Origin: Clostridia bacterium
GTDB taxonomy: Bacteria > Bacillota > Clostridia > Oscillospirales > CAG-272
Assembly (NCBI GenBank): GCA_017501545.1
Contig: JAFVWS010000035.1
Location: 75,408 to 139,407, forward strand
Direction: 5' to 3'
DNA: 64,000 nt
How positions within the stretch are numbered: position 1 is the first letter of the stretch; each line of letters starts with the position of its first letter. A program made the position numbers and the translations under genes. Below, in pieces: positions 1 to 10,439 of this stretch. The notes below the pieces were generated by a model, which was not told the DNA's origin, did not search any database, and was given only the letters and a program-made list of their open reading frames with translations.

Positions 1-1053
1 CAGGTAGTTGTGACCGTTTGGTGAATTGTCATAATTTGTTATGTTTCTTTTTTCTTCAGCGTCACAGCGTGTGCAGGTGTATAAGTCATAGCCCTTTAGC
101 ATACAAGTTGCCTTTACCGTATCGGTAAGCTGGAAGTTGTGGCCGAGTGCATCAGATGGGCTATGTCTTGTGCCTTGACAAGCTTCACAGCTATAAATTG
201 AATATCCACTTTCCTCACAGGTTGCAGTGGTATCTATAAGCACGTATTTATGCTTGCTTGGGTCAGGGGCGGTTTCGTCTCTTTTTTCCGTTTCACCACA
301 GCGCCTGCAGGTGTAAAGCAGGTATCCGCCATTTGCACACGTAGCCAAATACTCCACTGGGTCGCCAAAGTCGTGGCCAAGGGCATTAGTTAGAATATCG
401 TATTCGAAGCTTCCACAAGCTACGCAGGACCTTACAATCGAAACATCCTCTGTACAGGTTGCCACGCTACCCTTTGTTTGCCAGTCACTCCACGTATGGT
501 TTTCTGTGCCATCAACACAAAGCGCCTTTTGTTGCCAAATTGGGTAAAGGGTCATACTATTATTGATAATAGTATCAATTCTGACAACGTTGCCGTCCTT
601 ATCCTGCCAGCCTGAAATTCTATATCCCTCACGCTCAGGCGCTGGCATTTTTGTGATAGCTGAGCCAAGCGTCTCTCCCTTGAAAACTTTATAGCTATCA
701 ATTTTCTCTGTGCCTTGGTTATCGTACACAAAATCTACTGTAACCACATCGCCGTCTGGCACCCATTTTGCGTAAACGGACATATTACTTGTAAGTGGCT
801 CATTCAGAATAGAATTAACGGTAAATGGTCTTTGCCAAGTTCCATTATCCCAGTACCAGCCACCAAAGGTATAGCCCTCCTTGGTTGGGTTTTGTGGCAT
901 TTGAATTATCTCATCACCTGTTGTTGTGATAGTAGCAATAACCTCGCCGTCAGAAACGAAGCTAATATCAAACTTAACAGGGCTGGAGCAGCTTGCAAAT
1001 ACTATAACAAATAGTAAAAGCAATGATGCTATTATACTTAGCCTTTTTTTCAT
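1..1053 (-). CDS. Surface lipoprotein with Listeria-Bacteroides (InlB B-type) repeats and Cys-rich modules; the C-terminus runs off the window
   Basis: Absent from the ORF track because it is open to position 1. My translation from the ATG at 1053-1051 gives MKKRLSIIASLLLLFVIVFASCSSPVKFDISFVSDGEVIATITTTGDEIIQMPQNPTKEGYTFGGWYWDNGTWQRPF... This shows a lipobox (FASC) and the EGYTFxGWY repeat. It is a close paralog of the N-terminus of 1193..3820. In frame near nt 60-125 it also encodes ATCMLKGYDLYTCTRCD. Confidence 0.6.
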   Translation of the reverse strand, partial: MKKRLSIIASLLLLFVIVFASCSSPVKFDISFVSDGEVIATITTTGDEIIQMPQNPTKEGYTFGGWYWDNGTWQRPFTVNSILNEPLTSNMSVYAKWVPDGDVVTVDFVYDNQGTEKIDSYKVFKGETLGSAITKMPAPEREGYRISGWQDKDGNVVRIDTIINNSMTLYPIWQQKALCVDGTENHTWSDWQTKGSVATCTEDVSIVRSCVACGSFEYDILTNALGHDFGDPVEYLATCANGGYLLYTCRRCGETEKRDETAPDPSKHKYVLIDTTATCEESGYSIYSCEACQGTRHSPSDALGHNFQLTDTVKATCMLKGYDLYTCTRCDAEEKRNITNYDNSPNGHNYL

Positions 1054-1155
1054 ATTTTCTCTCCTACAATTTAATTTGTTATATTAATTGTATCACAATC
1101 ACGATGTTAAATCAATATATATTGATTTTGTAAACAAATTTTTTGATAATAATTA

Positions 1156-1188
1156 AGCCAGCCAACGCACAAGGCGTAGGCTGGCTAT
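1156..1188 (-). terminator. Hairpin downstream of 1193..3820
   Basis: agccagcc (1156-1163) pairs with ggctggct (1179-1186), with inner acgc/gcgt pairing. The trailing T-run on the minus strand is weak. Confidence 0.4.
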
Positions 1189-1192
1189 TTAA

Positions 1193-3820
1193 TTAATTAT
1201 TTATCACAAACGCGCCAAGCTCGTGCCAATAGTCCAAGCCATTAGATGGGTATTGCATATATATTTCTATTTTTGTTACTGTGTCCTCTATTGTAAATGC
1301 CATGGTCGTGCCATCAGCTACAAATGAGCCAACGCCAACCATAATTTCTCTTCCATCAGCATACGTAACTGTTACCGTATATGCTGCTGAGCCTGTGCCT
1401 GTCACAGTAAATATATCAATATACGTTGCGCTTTTAGCCTCAAGTGTAACTGTTAGAGCGCTTGTTCCATTGCCTGCAACCTTTTTATCCTTAAAGTCGC
1501 CGTCTATAAGATTAATAGGCGCGCCTGAACCATAATAGTAATTTCCATCTATAGTTGGTATAGAGAAATTAGCATACGTGATATTATTTAAGATCTTTTG
1601 CTCGACTAAATCGCAGTGGACGCAATCTCTTATTAAGATCACCGCACCCGTGTCGCTTACGCGTACTGTTTCAATGAAATAGTGTCCGTTGCTTTCCTCC
1701 TTGCCCTCTACATAAGCACCAAGCTCTTGGAAGTAGTCCATTCCTTGAGACGGACTTGGCATAGAAACCTCTATTTTAACAACCTCTGCCTCAACTATAA
1801 ATGCTTTAGTTGTGCCATTTTCCCCAAATGAGCCAATACCAAGGTCTTTACTTGTACCATCTGAATATACAACTGATACTGTATAGGCTGATACGCCCTT
1901 TCCTGTAACTGTAAATATATCAATATAAGTCGCTTGCTTTGCTTCAAGTGTAATGGAAAATTCAGAAGCGCCTGTTGGGCATACGCTTCCAGTTGTTGCA
2001 TTTGAAATATAGCCGTCTATAAGGCTATTAACATTACCTGCGCCCCAACATACGCCATCTGTAATTGGAGTATTAAAATTGTCGTAGGTAATGTTTTCAT
2101 ATGCTGTTATAAAGATTCCATCGCATTTTTTGCACGTTCTACTTCTGCATACGATGCCCTCAACAACGTCAAGCTTAGATTCAGATAGCTCGTGTCCTGT
2201 TGGCTCTGCATAATATTTTGTTTCCCTATGTCCACATATGCCACATACTCTTTCCATTGTGCCTGCCTCTGTGCAGGTTGGGGTACTTCCTGTTTGCCAT
2301 GCTCCCCATCCGTGGTTTTCCGTGCCGTCAAGACAGTAAACAATTCTTTCCCAAATTGGAGAAAGGGTCATATCCGTTGTCACCTTGGTTGTAGCTGTCA
2401 CATATGTGCCATTTGCGTCTTTCCAGCCACCAAATCTATAGCCTGTCTTGCTTGCTGTTGGAAGCTCATTTAAAACGGTGCAAATTCTTTCACCCTTTAA
2501 TATTTCAAAATAAGTGATTTCGCCCTGCATCTCTTCACCCGTAGTGAGCATAAACTCAACCACTACAAGCTCACCAAGGCTTTTCCACTCTGCCACAAGC
2601 TCTATGTCCTTTTCAACCACATAGGTTTGATTTACTTTACGATATCCATCTACATACCAGCCCTCAAAGCTAAAGCCGTATTTTGTAGGAATTGGCAATG
2701 CCCCTATTGCTTCACCCTTTTTGATTTGAACTGTATCAGAAGTGCCATCAGGCATTTTTCCACCGTCGGTATCAAAATATACCATTCCTGCCTCTGCCCA
2801 CACAGCGCTAAGCGTTATATGTGATTCTGGAGTATAAGGGAATGAGATAATCTCTCCGTTTAACGCCCAACCCTCGAACTTGTATCCATTTTTGGTTGGC
2901 GTTGGTAATTTTTCTATTGCTTCGCCCCATTCAAAGCTTAGACTTGTCTTTTCATCGTCATTTAGGCTACCATCATTTAATTCAAGTGTCACACTGCACA
3001 AGGGGGCACGCTCTCTTTCAATTTCCACAGTGTACTGTGACTTGTTTGAGCCTGAGCCTGAGGTAACGAGAATGTAAAATACGTTTTTGCCCTCGTTAAG
3101 GGTTACTGTGCCGGTTGGGATAGCCTCATTGCCCTCAATATCCTTGCTTACCATATAAGTGGCGCTTGGGCTTACCTTAATAAGCGCAGACACAGCCACG
3201 TTTTCCTTTTCATATGGAACAGTCATTTTTAGGGTGCTTCCGTCCATCTCAAAGCCATCGGCTGAAATAATTTCTGCGCCCTCATTGTCGTTTGCCGACA
3301 CCCATTTTGCATAAATGGTTGTTTTGCCAGTTACCTTATCAGTTGCAAAATCCCACTTGCCTTGCAGGTCGGCATCCTTATACCAGCCTGCAAAAATATA
3401 ACCGTTTTTAGTTGGCTCAGCTGGCTCACTAACAAAGCCGTTATATTTTACAATTTGTCCATTTACATCGCTTCCACCCATTGTGTTAAAGCTTACCTCA
3501 AAGGACTCGTTTTCTAAATCCTTAGGTGTCCATTTTGCATAAACCGACATATCACCATTTAGTGGCTCATTTAAAAGTGAGCTTGCTGTAAATGGTCTTT
3601 GCCACGTATCCTTGTCCCAGTACCAGCCGTCAAAGGTATAGCCCTCTTTAACTGGGTTTTCTGGCATTTTAATTGTTTCGTCCCCTGTGGTAGAAATGGT
3701 GTGAATGATTTCACCATCGGAAATAAAATTCACGTCAAATTCTAGGGCGCCCATACAGCCAGCAAAAATTACTGTGACCATTAGAAGCGCAAGAGATAAT
3801 GTTAATAGCTTTCTTTTCAT
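1193..3820 (-). CDS. Large surface lipoprotein with Listeria-Bacteroides repeats, Cys4 modules and two C-terminal jelly-roll/discoidin-like modules
   Basis: The signal peptide carries a lipobox (VIFAGC). There are at least 6 copies of the (K/E)GYxFxGW(Y) repeat. A TPTCTEAGTMERVCGICGH motif is present. A module of about 130 aa is duplicated (ITY(D/A)NF...LIDG...TYIDIFTVTG(K/T)G..AYTV.V.Y.DG...YFQELGAYV / YWHELGAFV). Confidence 0.75.
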   Translation of the reverse strand: MKRKLLTLSLALLMVTVIFAGCMGALEFDVNFISDGEIIHTISTTGDETIKMPENPVKEGYTFDGWYWDKDTWQRPFTASSLLNEPLNGDMSVYAKWTPKDLENESFEVSFNTMGGSDVNGQIVKYNGFVSEPAEPTKNGYIFAGWYKDADLQGKWDFATDKVTGKTTIYAKWVSANDNEGAEIISADGFEMDGSTLKMTVPYEKENVAVSALIKVSPSATYMVSKDIEGNEAIPTGTVTLNEGKNVFYILVTSGSGSNKSQYTVEIERERAPLCSVTLELNDGSLNDDEKTSLSFEWGEAIEKLPTPTKNGYKFEGWALNGEIISFPYTPESHITLSAVWAEAGMVYFDTDGGKMPDGTSDTVQIKKGEAIGALPIPTKYGFSFEGWYVDGYRKVNQTYVVEKDIELVAEWKSLGELVVVEFMLTTGEEMQGEITYFEILKGERICTVLNELPTASKTGYRFGGWKDANGTYVTATTKVTTDMTLSPIWERIVYCLDGTENHGWGAWQTGSTPTCTEAGTMERVCGICGHRETKYYAEPTGHELSESKLDVVEGIVCRSRTCKKCDGIFITAYENITYDNFNTPITDGVCWGAGNVNSLIDGYISNATTGSVCPTGASEFSITLEAKQATYIDIFTVTGKGVSAYTVSVVYSDGTSKDLGIGSFGENGTTKAFIVEAEVVKIEVSMPSPSQGMDYFQELGAYVEGKEESNGHYFIETVRVSDTGAVILIRDCVHCDLVEQKILNNITYANFSIPTIDGNYYYGSGAPINLIDGDFKDKKVAGNGTSALTVTLEAKSATYIDIFTVTGTGSAAYTVTVTYADGREIMVGVGSFVADGTTMAFTIEDTVTKIEIYMQYPSNGLDYWHELGAFVINN

Positions 3821-3878
3821 TTTTTTCTCCTTGAAATTTATTTGATGTGCTAATTATATTAAATTTTACTTTTCCATT

Positions 3879-3981
3879 CAACCACCTTGTGGTTGCATTA
3901 TGTAAACCATAGGTTTACTTTTTCGTTCCTCTGTATAAATATCCCAAATTGGGATATTTTAATTATACCACAATGGTATAA
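3879..3981. promoter_or_regulatory. Divergent intergenic control region with four perfect palindromes
   Basis: The palindromes are caaccac-ctt-gtggttg (3879-3895), gtaaacc-ata-ggtttac (3902-3918), aatatcccaa-a-ttgggatatt (3938-3958) and ttatacca-caa-tggtataa (3963-3981). The last one overlaps an extended -10 (TGgTATAAT, 3974-3982) that sits about 30 nt upstream of the XRE gene start. Confidence 0.45.
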
Positions 3982-4012
3982 TTGTGTCAAGAGATAAAAA
4001 TAGGAGACTATT

Positions 4013-4219
4013 ATGAGGCTTAAACTGTTACGAAAGCAAAGAGGGATTTCCCAGCTAAAGCTTGCTATGGACTTAAATATGAACCAAAACAGCATAAGCC
4101 GTTACGAAAACGGCGAGCGAGAGGCTGATTATAGAACCCTTATATTATTTGCAGACTATTTTAACGTTTCAATTGATTATTTGCTTGGACGTACAGACAA
4201 CCCAACCATTAATAGATAA
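4013..4219 (+). CDS. XRE-family helix-turn-helix transcriptional regulator (68 aa)
   Basis: LRKQRGISQLKLAMDLNMNQNSISRYENGEREADYRTLILFADYFNVSIDYLLGRTD is a typical Cro/C1 HTH sequence with the YLLG tail. An RBS (aggag) precedes the ATG. Confidence 0.85.
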   Translation: MRLKLLRKQRGISQLKLAMDLNMNQNSISRYENGEREADYRTLILFADYFNVSIDYLLGRTDNPTINR

Positions 4220-4222
4220 AGG

Positions 4223-4251
4223 AAAAACGGCTTGAAATCAAGCCGTTTTTT
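4223..4251. terminator. Bidirectional rho-independent terminator
   Basis: aaaacggcttga-aa-tcaagccgtttt is flanked by A- and T-runs. It lies between the convergent genes 4013..4219(+) and 4254..5249(-). Confidence 0.7.
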
Positions 4252-4253
4252 GT

Positions 4254-5249
4254 TTAGTCAAATTTGTATGCGTGAACGTAGTTTCCACTGGTAAATTTAC
4301 CGAAGATGTATTTTGCAGATGCAGACTCGTTCATTATATAAATCTTGCCATCAAGGTACACCATTTCCTCTGCCATTGGTGGCGCTGTGATTGTGTCCAC
4401 AAGAGATTCACTGTCTATATAATAAAGAGTTGTCTTCCCACCAAAGAAATCGATTTGACTTGTTGCATCATTGTTTACCTTATCAAAATCATAAACGTAA
4501 AGCTTTGATTTTGAAATGCCCCATGAGGTTGAAAGAACAATTTTATTATCCTTTGTAATGCAAATGCCCTGCACCTGACTTGGAATTGAGTATGCTATAT
4601 TTGTTGTTTCGTCAATGCCAAAGCTTTCCTTCTTTGCTGGGTCAACGTCGTGCACTGTCATAATTGCAGTATTTTCTTCACCATTTAGGGTGTTCATAAT
4701 GTACTTATCGCTGTCGTAATCAGTATCTGCCTTATAGAAGGTGCCTGTGTACATTTTGCCCTCGTGAATATAGCAAAACGCAGGCTTTACTCCGACGTCA
4801 ACCGTGCCCTTGCAAACAGCCTCATCACAGCCAAGAATGTCGCTTAGCATAAATACCTGCACGCCAGAGTCCTCACTTGTTACGTAAACGTAGTCACCAC
4901 TATGTGCAATACCACCAGCGTGGGTTGTGTTTCTGCCACCTGTTTGGTTTCTTAGCTTTGTAAAGCCAATTACCTTTTCGTCCTCTCTGTCAACAACGTA
5001 AACACGTGATGATGAGCCGTCCTTCATATAGCCAGAAACAAGGAACACATCCTCGCTTTCAACGTAGTCAAAGCCCTGCTGGATAAAGCCGTCTGCTATA
5101 CCGGGGGTTTTAAACTCTGTTGTGGCGTTAGAATAAAACGATGTGAAAAGAAGTCTTTCTCCAACCTTTACAAGTGCAAGAAGACAAATAACCAAAAGAA
5201 CAATTGAAACAACGGCAATTAATGCGATTTTCATTATTTTCTTTTTCAT
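4254..5249 (-). CDS. Membrane-anchored hypothetical protein (331 aa), probably an extracytoplasmic beta-rich domain
   Basis: Long intact ORF with an N-terminal TM helix (IALIAVVSIVLLVICLLALV). I recognised no family. Confidence 0.5.
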   Translation of the reverse strand: MKKKIMKIALIAVVSIVLLVICLLALVKVGERLLFTSFYSNATTEFKTPGIADGFIQQGFDYVESEDVFLVSGYMKDGSSSRVYVVDREDEKVIGFTKLRNQTGGRNTTHAGGIAHSGDYVYVTSEDSGVQVFMLSDILGCDEAVCKGTVDVGVKPAFCYIHEGKMYTGTFYKADTDYDSDKYIMNTLNGEENTAIMTVHDVDPAKKESFGIDETTNIAYSIPSQVQGICITKDNKIVLSTSWGISKSKLYVYDFDKVNNDATSQIDFFGGKTTLYYIDSESLVDTITAPPMAEEMVYLDGKIYIMNESASAKYIFGKFTSGNYVHAYKFD

Positions 5250-5253
5250 AAAT

Positions 5254-8200
5254 TTAGTTCTTAGGCGCTGGTTTTTCGCCCAAGTCCTCTCTTTCTATTT
5301 TTTTCTTTGCTACTGACAGCATAAGCTTAATTCTGTTAAGCTGATTAACCTCTGATGCGCCTGGGTCATAGTCGATTGCAACTATATTTGACTCAGGGTA
5401 GCTTGAGCGCACCCTTTTAATTACGCCCTTGCCAACAACGTGGTTTGGTAAGCACGCAAACGGCTGAATACAAACTACGTTTGGCACACCTGACTCAATA
5501 AGCTCAATCATCTCGCCAGCCAAGAACCAGCCCTCACCATATTGGTTGCCTATTGACAAAAATGGCTTGGCAAGCTTAGCAACCTTGGTAATGTGCATTG
5601 GTGTGTCAAAGCGCCTGCTCTTGTTAAGCGCACGCTTCGCAGGACCTCTTACTGCCTCAATAACAGCGACACCAAGACGTGCAATAAGCAAGCTTGTTAG
5701 CTTAAAGCCGAAGAATTTATGCTTATACTCTGAATTATACACGCAATAGTTGAAAAAGTCAAGCATATCCGGCACAGTTACCTCTGCGCCCTCACTTTCA
5801 AGAAGCTCAACCAAGTGGTTGTTGGCAAGTGGCATATACTTAACAAGTATTTCACCAACAATGCCGACACGTGGCTTGACCAGGCCCTCTTTAAGTGGTA
5901 AATTATCAAAGTCAGCCACAATACCACGACAAATTTTGCCATAAGACATATGACCCTTTTTATTTGTTACGTTATCAATGCAGATTTTATTCCACTTCTC
6001 GTAAAGCTCCTCGGCTGAGCCCATATCACGCTCATATGGACGGGTGCGATATAGACAGCGCATCAAAAGGTCACCAAAGACCAAAACCTTAACAGCACCT
6101 ATTAGGGCACGCTTAGGAATTTTAAAGCCAGAGTTTTTCTCCATACCAGTTAAGTTAAGAGAGATAACTGGAATGTGGCTTAAATTAACCTTGTCAAGGG
6201 CACGCCTTATGAAGCTTACGTAGTTGCTTGCACGACAGCATCCACCAGTTTGTGTCATTATGATTGCCAGCCTGTCAGTATCATATTCACCCGACAAAAC
6301 AGCGTGCATAATTTGTCCGACCATTGAAATTGATGGGAAGCACGCGTCGTTATTTACGTACTTAAGGCCCGTATCAATTGCGTCCTTGGTGGTGTTGGAC
6401 AAAACAACGAAGTTATAGTTATATTTTCTGAATAGTGGCTCAAGAAGCTTGAAATGTATTGGCGACATTTGAGGCGCCAGGATTGTATAGCCCTCTTTAA
6501 ACATTTCCTCGGTAAATTCAGCACGCTTATAGTTAATTTCCTCAGCGTGTGGACGTATGCCCTTTTTTGCCCTCATATTCATTGCGCTTATTAAGCTACG
6601 CACACGAATTCTTATTGCACCGAGGTTATTAACCTCGTCAATCTTAAGAGAGGTATAAAGCTTACCGCTATTTTCAAGAATTTCAGACACTTGGTCCGTT
6701 GTAACCGCGTCAATGCCACAGCCAAAGGAGTTTAGCTGAATTAGCTCTAAGTGGTCGTATTTTCTTACGTACGCAGCTGCATTATATAGTCTTGTATGGT
6801 AAACCCACTGGTCGTTTACACGAAGCTTCTTTATCTCGTCGTAAATTTCTGGCAGTGAGTCCTCAGTTAAAACTGCAAAGCCATATGAGGAGATAAGCTC
6901 TGGAATTCCGTGGTTGATTTCTGGGTCAAGGTGATATGGTCTGCCCGCTAAGACAATGCCACGTCCGCCCTCCTTTTCAAGCAAATCTAAGACACGTCTG
7001 CCCTCTTTTTTGATATCTGCCTTTGCATTCTTCTGCTCACGCCATGCAAGCCTTACGGCGCGCTTAATTTCGCCCTCACTAATATCATATCCTCTTTCGT
7101 GGTGAAAATATCTTGCTAAGCGATTGGCAACCGTCTTTTCGCTTGTGAATGCGATAAACGGGCGTAGATACGTAATTTCGCCACTGCCGATTTCCTCAAA
7201 GTTGTTTTTAATATTTTCTGAGTTTGAAACAACTATTGGGCAGTTATAGTGGTTTTGCGCACCACTTGATTCTTGATTTTCATAGAAAATACAAGGATAG
7301 AAGATTGTTTTTGCGCCGTTTTCAATTAGCCACCTTATATGTCCGTGGGTGATTTTAGCAGGATAACACTCCGACTCTGATGGGATTGTATCCATACCCA
7401 TTTCGTAAATTGCCTTGGTGGACTTTGGTGATAGCATTACGCTAAAGCCAAGCTCCTTAAAAAACGTCGCCCAGAATGGGTAGTTTTCGTAAATATTTAA
7501 TGCTCTTGGAATACCAATTACGCCACGCTTTGCTTCTTCCTTAGAAAGCGGTGGGTAATTAAACATTCTATCAAGCTTGTAGCTTGCTACGTTTTCGCCC
7601 TTTTTGGTGCTTTGTGTGCCCTGTGCGCCTCTTTCGCATCTGTTTCCTGTTATATGGCGTCTGCCACCCTCAAATGCGTTAACTGTCAAAATGCACTGGT
7701 TTGAGCATCCCTTACACCTTACTGTTGACGAGGTATATGTAAGTGCCTCTATTTTTTCAAAGGACAAAATTGAGCTCTTAGCGCCCTTTCTGTTTTCACG
7801 TGCAATTAGCGCCGCACCGAATGCGCCCATAATGCCCGAAATGTCAGGGCAAGTAACCTTAACCCCTGCTATGCTTTCAAGCGCGCGCAAAACTGCGTGG
7901 TTATAAAACGTTCCGCCCTGCACAACCACGTGATGTCCAAGGTCGTCAGCGGTATTTAGCTTAATAACCTTAAATAGCGCGTTTTTAATTACGGAATAAG
8001 CAAGGCCCGCTGAAATATCGGGCACGCTTGCACCCTCCTTTTGCGCCTGCTTAACGTTTGAGTTCATAAATACGGTACAGCGAGTGCCGAGATCTATCGG
8101 ATTTTTTGCAAAAATTGCTTCCCTTGCAAAGTCACGCGCGCTATAACCAAGCGATGACGCAAAGGACTCAATGAACGAGCCACAGCCAGAGGAGCAAGCC

Positions 8201-9525
8201 TCGTTTAGTAAAATAGTATCGACTGAGCCGTTTTTGATTTTAATGCATTTCATATCCTGTCCGCCGATATCAAGCACACAGTCAACCTCAGGGTTAAAGA
8301 ATGATGCGGCTGTGCAGTGGGCAATGGTTTCAACCTCGCCCATATCAAGATTAAATGCAGATTTTAAAAGGTTTTCGCCATAGCCAGTTGAGCAGGCATA
8401 GGCAATTTGGGTTTTATCGTTAATAAGCTCGCTAAGCTCCTTCATTGCGCGCTTAGCGGTAGCAATAGGTGAGCCCTGATTGCTTGAATAAAACGAGTAT
8501 AAAAGCTCTCCATTTTCGCCAATTAATGCAAGCTTTGTGGTTGTAGAGCCTGCATCAATGCCAAGGTATGCATTACCCTCGTAGGCTTTTATATCGCCAC
8601 GTGCAACGCGTGCGCCCTCGTGTCTTGCTTTAAACTCGCTATACTCCTCCTCGTTTTCAAATAGTGGAGGTAGCCTTTTAAGCTCAAACTTCATCTTAAC
8701 GCCTTGGCTTAGCTTTTCAAGAAGCAAGCTTAGCTCTATGCCCTCGGCGTCCTTTGCCTCAAGCGCTGAGCCATATGCGGCGAAAAGATGTGAATTTTCC
8801 GGGTCCACGGTTGTTTCGGGTGTAAGCTTTAAGGTCCTTATAAAGGAAGCCTTTAATTCTGTCAAAAAGTGTAGTGGGCCACCAAGAAATGCAACAGTGC
8901 CACGAATTGGCTTACCACACGCAAGGCCTGAAACGGTTTGGTTTACAACCGCTTGGAAAATTGAGGCTGAAAGGTCAGGCACGCTTGCACCCTCGTTAAT
9001 TAGTGGCTGAATATCTGTCTTTGCAAAAACGCCACAGCGTGCGGCAATCGGATAAATACGCTCGTATTTCTTTGCCTCGTCATTAAGCCCCTTTGCATCG
9101 GTTTGCAAAAGTGACGCCATTTGGTCAATGAAGGAGCCTGTGCCACCTGCACAAATTCCATTCATTCTCTCCTCGATATTTGAGCCCTCGAAGTAGATGA
9201 TTTTTGCATCCTCACCACCAAGCTCAATTGCAACGTCGGTATTTGGGGCAAGGTGCTTAAGCGCCTCAGCAACTGCGCTTACCTCTTGGACAAAGCCGAT
9301 GTCAAGCGCCTTTCCAAGGTTAATAGCGCCAGAGCCAGTGATTTTTGCTTTAATTATAGAGTCGCCAAGCGCCTCTTTTAGGTCGCAAAGAAGTGAAAAT
9401 AGCTTATCCTGTGTGTGTGATAGGTGTCTTTCGTACTTACCAAAGACAATTTCATCTGAGTCATTAATAGCAACAACCTTAACAGTTGTTGAACCAATGT
9501 CAATTCCTACGCGATAAACGTTCAT
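5254..9525 (-). CDS. Fused acyl-CoA dehydratase activase (two BcrAD/BadFG ATPase domains) and 2-hydroxyacyl-CoA dehydratase-like domains
   Basis: Two actin-like ATPase starts are present (VGIDIGSTTVKVVA and LGIDAGSTTTKLAL). A Cys cluster (CKGCSNQCILT) and a long dehydratase-like C-terminal half follow. I place the start at ATG 9525, which is preceded by aaggagg, rather than at the ORF-track start 9555. Confidence 0.85.
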   Translation of the reverse strand: MNVYRVGIDIGSTTVKVVAINDSDEIVFGKYERHLSHTQDKLFSLLCDLKEALGDSIIKAKITGSGAINLGKALDIGFVQEVSAVAEALKHLAPNTDVAIELGGEDAKIIYFEGSNIEERMNGICAGGTGSFIDQMASLLQTDAKGLNDEAKKYERIYPIAARCGVFAKTDIQPLINEGASVPDLSASIFQAVVNQTVSGLACGKPIRGTVAFLGGPLHFLTELKASFIRTLKLTPETTVDPENSHLFAAYGSALEAKDAEGIELSLLLEKLSQGVKMKFELKRLPPLFENEEEYSEFKARHEGARVARGDIKAYEGNAYLGIDAGSTTTKLALIGENGELLYSFYSSNQGSPIATAKRAMKELSELINDKTQIAYACSTGYGENLLKSAFNLDMGEVETIAHCTAASFFNPEVDCVLDIGGQDMKCIKIKNGSVDTILLNEACSSGCGSFIESFASSLGYSARDFAREAIFAKNPIDLGTRCTVFMNSNVKQAQKEGASVPDISAGLAYSVIKNALFKVIKLNTADDLGHHVVVQGGTFYNHAVLRALESIAGVKVTCPDISGIMGAFGAALIARENRKGAKSSILSFEKIEALTYTSSTVRCKGCSNQCILTVNAFEGGRRHITGNRCERGAQGTQSTKKGENVASYKLDRMFNYPPLSKEEAKRGVIGIPRALNIYENYPFWATFFKELGFSVMLSPKSTKAIYEMGMDTIPSESECYPAKITHGHIRWLIENGAKTIFYPCIFYENQESSGAQNHYNCPIVVSNSENIKNNFEEIGSGEITYLRPFIAFTSEKTVANRLARYFHHERGYDISEGEIKRAVRLAWREQKNAKADIKKEGRRVLDLLEKEGGRGIVLAGRPYHLDPEINHGIPELISSYGFAVLTEDSLPEIYDEIKKLRVNDQWVYHTRLYNAAAYVRKYDHLELIQLNSFGCGIDAVTTDQVSEILENSGKLYTSLKIDEVNNLGAIRIRVRSLISAMNMRAKKGIRPHAEEINYKRAEFTEEMFKEGYTILAPQMSPIHFKLLEPLFRKYNYNFVVLSNTTKDAIDTGLKYVNNDACFPSISMVGQIMHAVLSGEYDTDRLAIIMTQTGGCCRASNYVSFIRRALDKVNLSHIPVISLNLTGMEKNSGFKIPKRALIGAVKVLVFGDLLMRCLYRTRPYERDMGSAEELYEKWNKICIDNVTNKKGHMSYGKICRGIVADFDNLPLKEGLVKPRVGIVGEILVKYMPLANNHLVELLESEGAEVTVPDMLDFFNYCVYNSEYKHKFFGFKLTSLLIARLGVAVIEAVRGPAKRALNKSRRFDTPMHITKVAKLAKPFLSIGNQYGEGWFLAGEMIELIESGVPNVVCIQPFACLPNHVVGKGVIKRVRSSYPESNIVAIDYDPGASEVNQLNRIKLMLSVAKKKIEREDLGEKPAPKN

Positions 9526-9662
9526 TCTCTTTTCCTCCTTTGCTTTTTCTATCATATTATTTTATAAACCCAAAATAAACTTAATATAAACTTTATAATA
9601 TTATATTATACATCATTTTTTTACAGTTTTGTTGTTTTTTTCAATAATTTTAGATAGAATGC

Positions 9663-9692
9663 AAAAAAGCCACGGAAATTCCGTGGCTTTTT
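9663..9692. terminator. Palindromic terminator, copy 1 of 3
   Basis: aaaaaagccacgg-aaatt-ccgtggcttttt, downstream of 9743..10264(-). The same hairpin recurs at 10513-10542 and 12076-12105. Confidence 0.7.
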
Positions 9693-9742
9693 GCTTTGAT
9701 AAAATGACGTTAGGACACACCACCGTCCTCTGTCTTACCCTC

Positions 9743-10264
9743 CTATATTTTTTCGAATTCAACACAATCTATATCAACTTTTCGCATTTTTAACACAAGG
9801 CATCTTTGATATAACATAGTAGAATCATCTTTTTCGCTTTTCTCTAATTCTATTTGGACAGTTAGGTTCGTGTTTTGTCGTTTAATTTCCTTTAAATTAT
9901 AATTCCTATATGGATTCATGTCGGAAAATATATAAAGAATTACAATCTCTTTTTCAAAATCAACGTCTATTTGAGTTTTAGAAAAAATTCTATTAAACTC
10001 GTCTTTGTTAGATATTATAAAAGTTCTTGAGCTTGGCGATTCTGTATCCATGATATATTTATCGCTTACATTGCTTACCCCTTCTACATAATTCTCATTA
10101 AGATAATACCCTTTCACTCTGTTTTCTTTCAAAAAATCTTCTTTCACCCATTCCTTTGTTTGATTATATAATGTAGCATCAAATTCTTCGGAGGAACAAC
10201 TTGTTGAAAAAATTAAAACCATAAATATCACTAGTCCCATCGCTATAAATCTTGTTTTTATCAT
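9743..10264 (-). CDS. Hypothetical lipoprotein (173 aa)
   Basis: Signal peptide with lipobox (IFSTSC). The coding sequence looks AT-rich. No family recognised. Confidence 0.6.
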   Translation of the reverse strand: MIKTRFIAMGLVIFMVLIFSTSCSSEEFDATLYNQTKEWVKEDFLKENRVKGYYLNENYVEGVSNVSDKYIMDTESPSSRTFIISNKDEFNRIFSKTQIDVDFEKEIVILYIFSDMNPYRNYNLKEIKRQNTNLTVQIELEKSEKDDSTMLYQRCLVLKMRKVDIDCVEFEKI

Positions 10265-10439
10265 AGTGTTTTCTCCTTAAAAAATTTATTAAATGATTCA
10301 TCTGAAATTAAAATAGTTCATTGGTCTGTCCACCATTTTTTGCCTTACATAATATAAAACACTTAAAAATAAAAAAACGGGTCACTTTTTTGAAAAAATT
10401 TGAAAAAATTTTATTTTTTATTGTTTTTTCTCTAATTTT

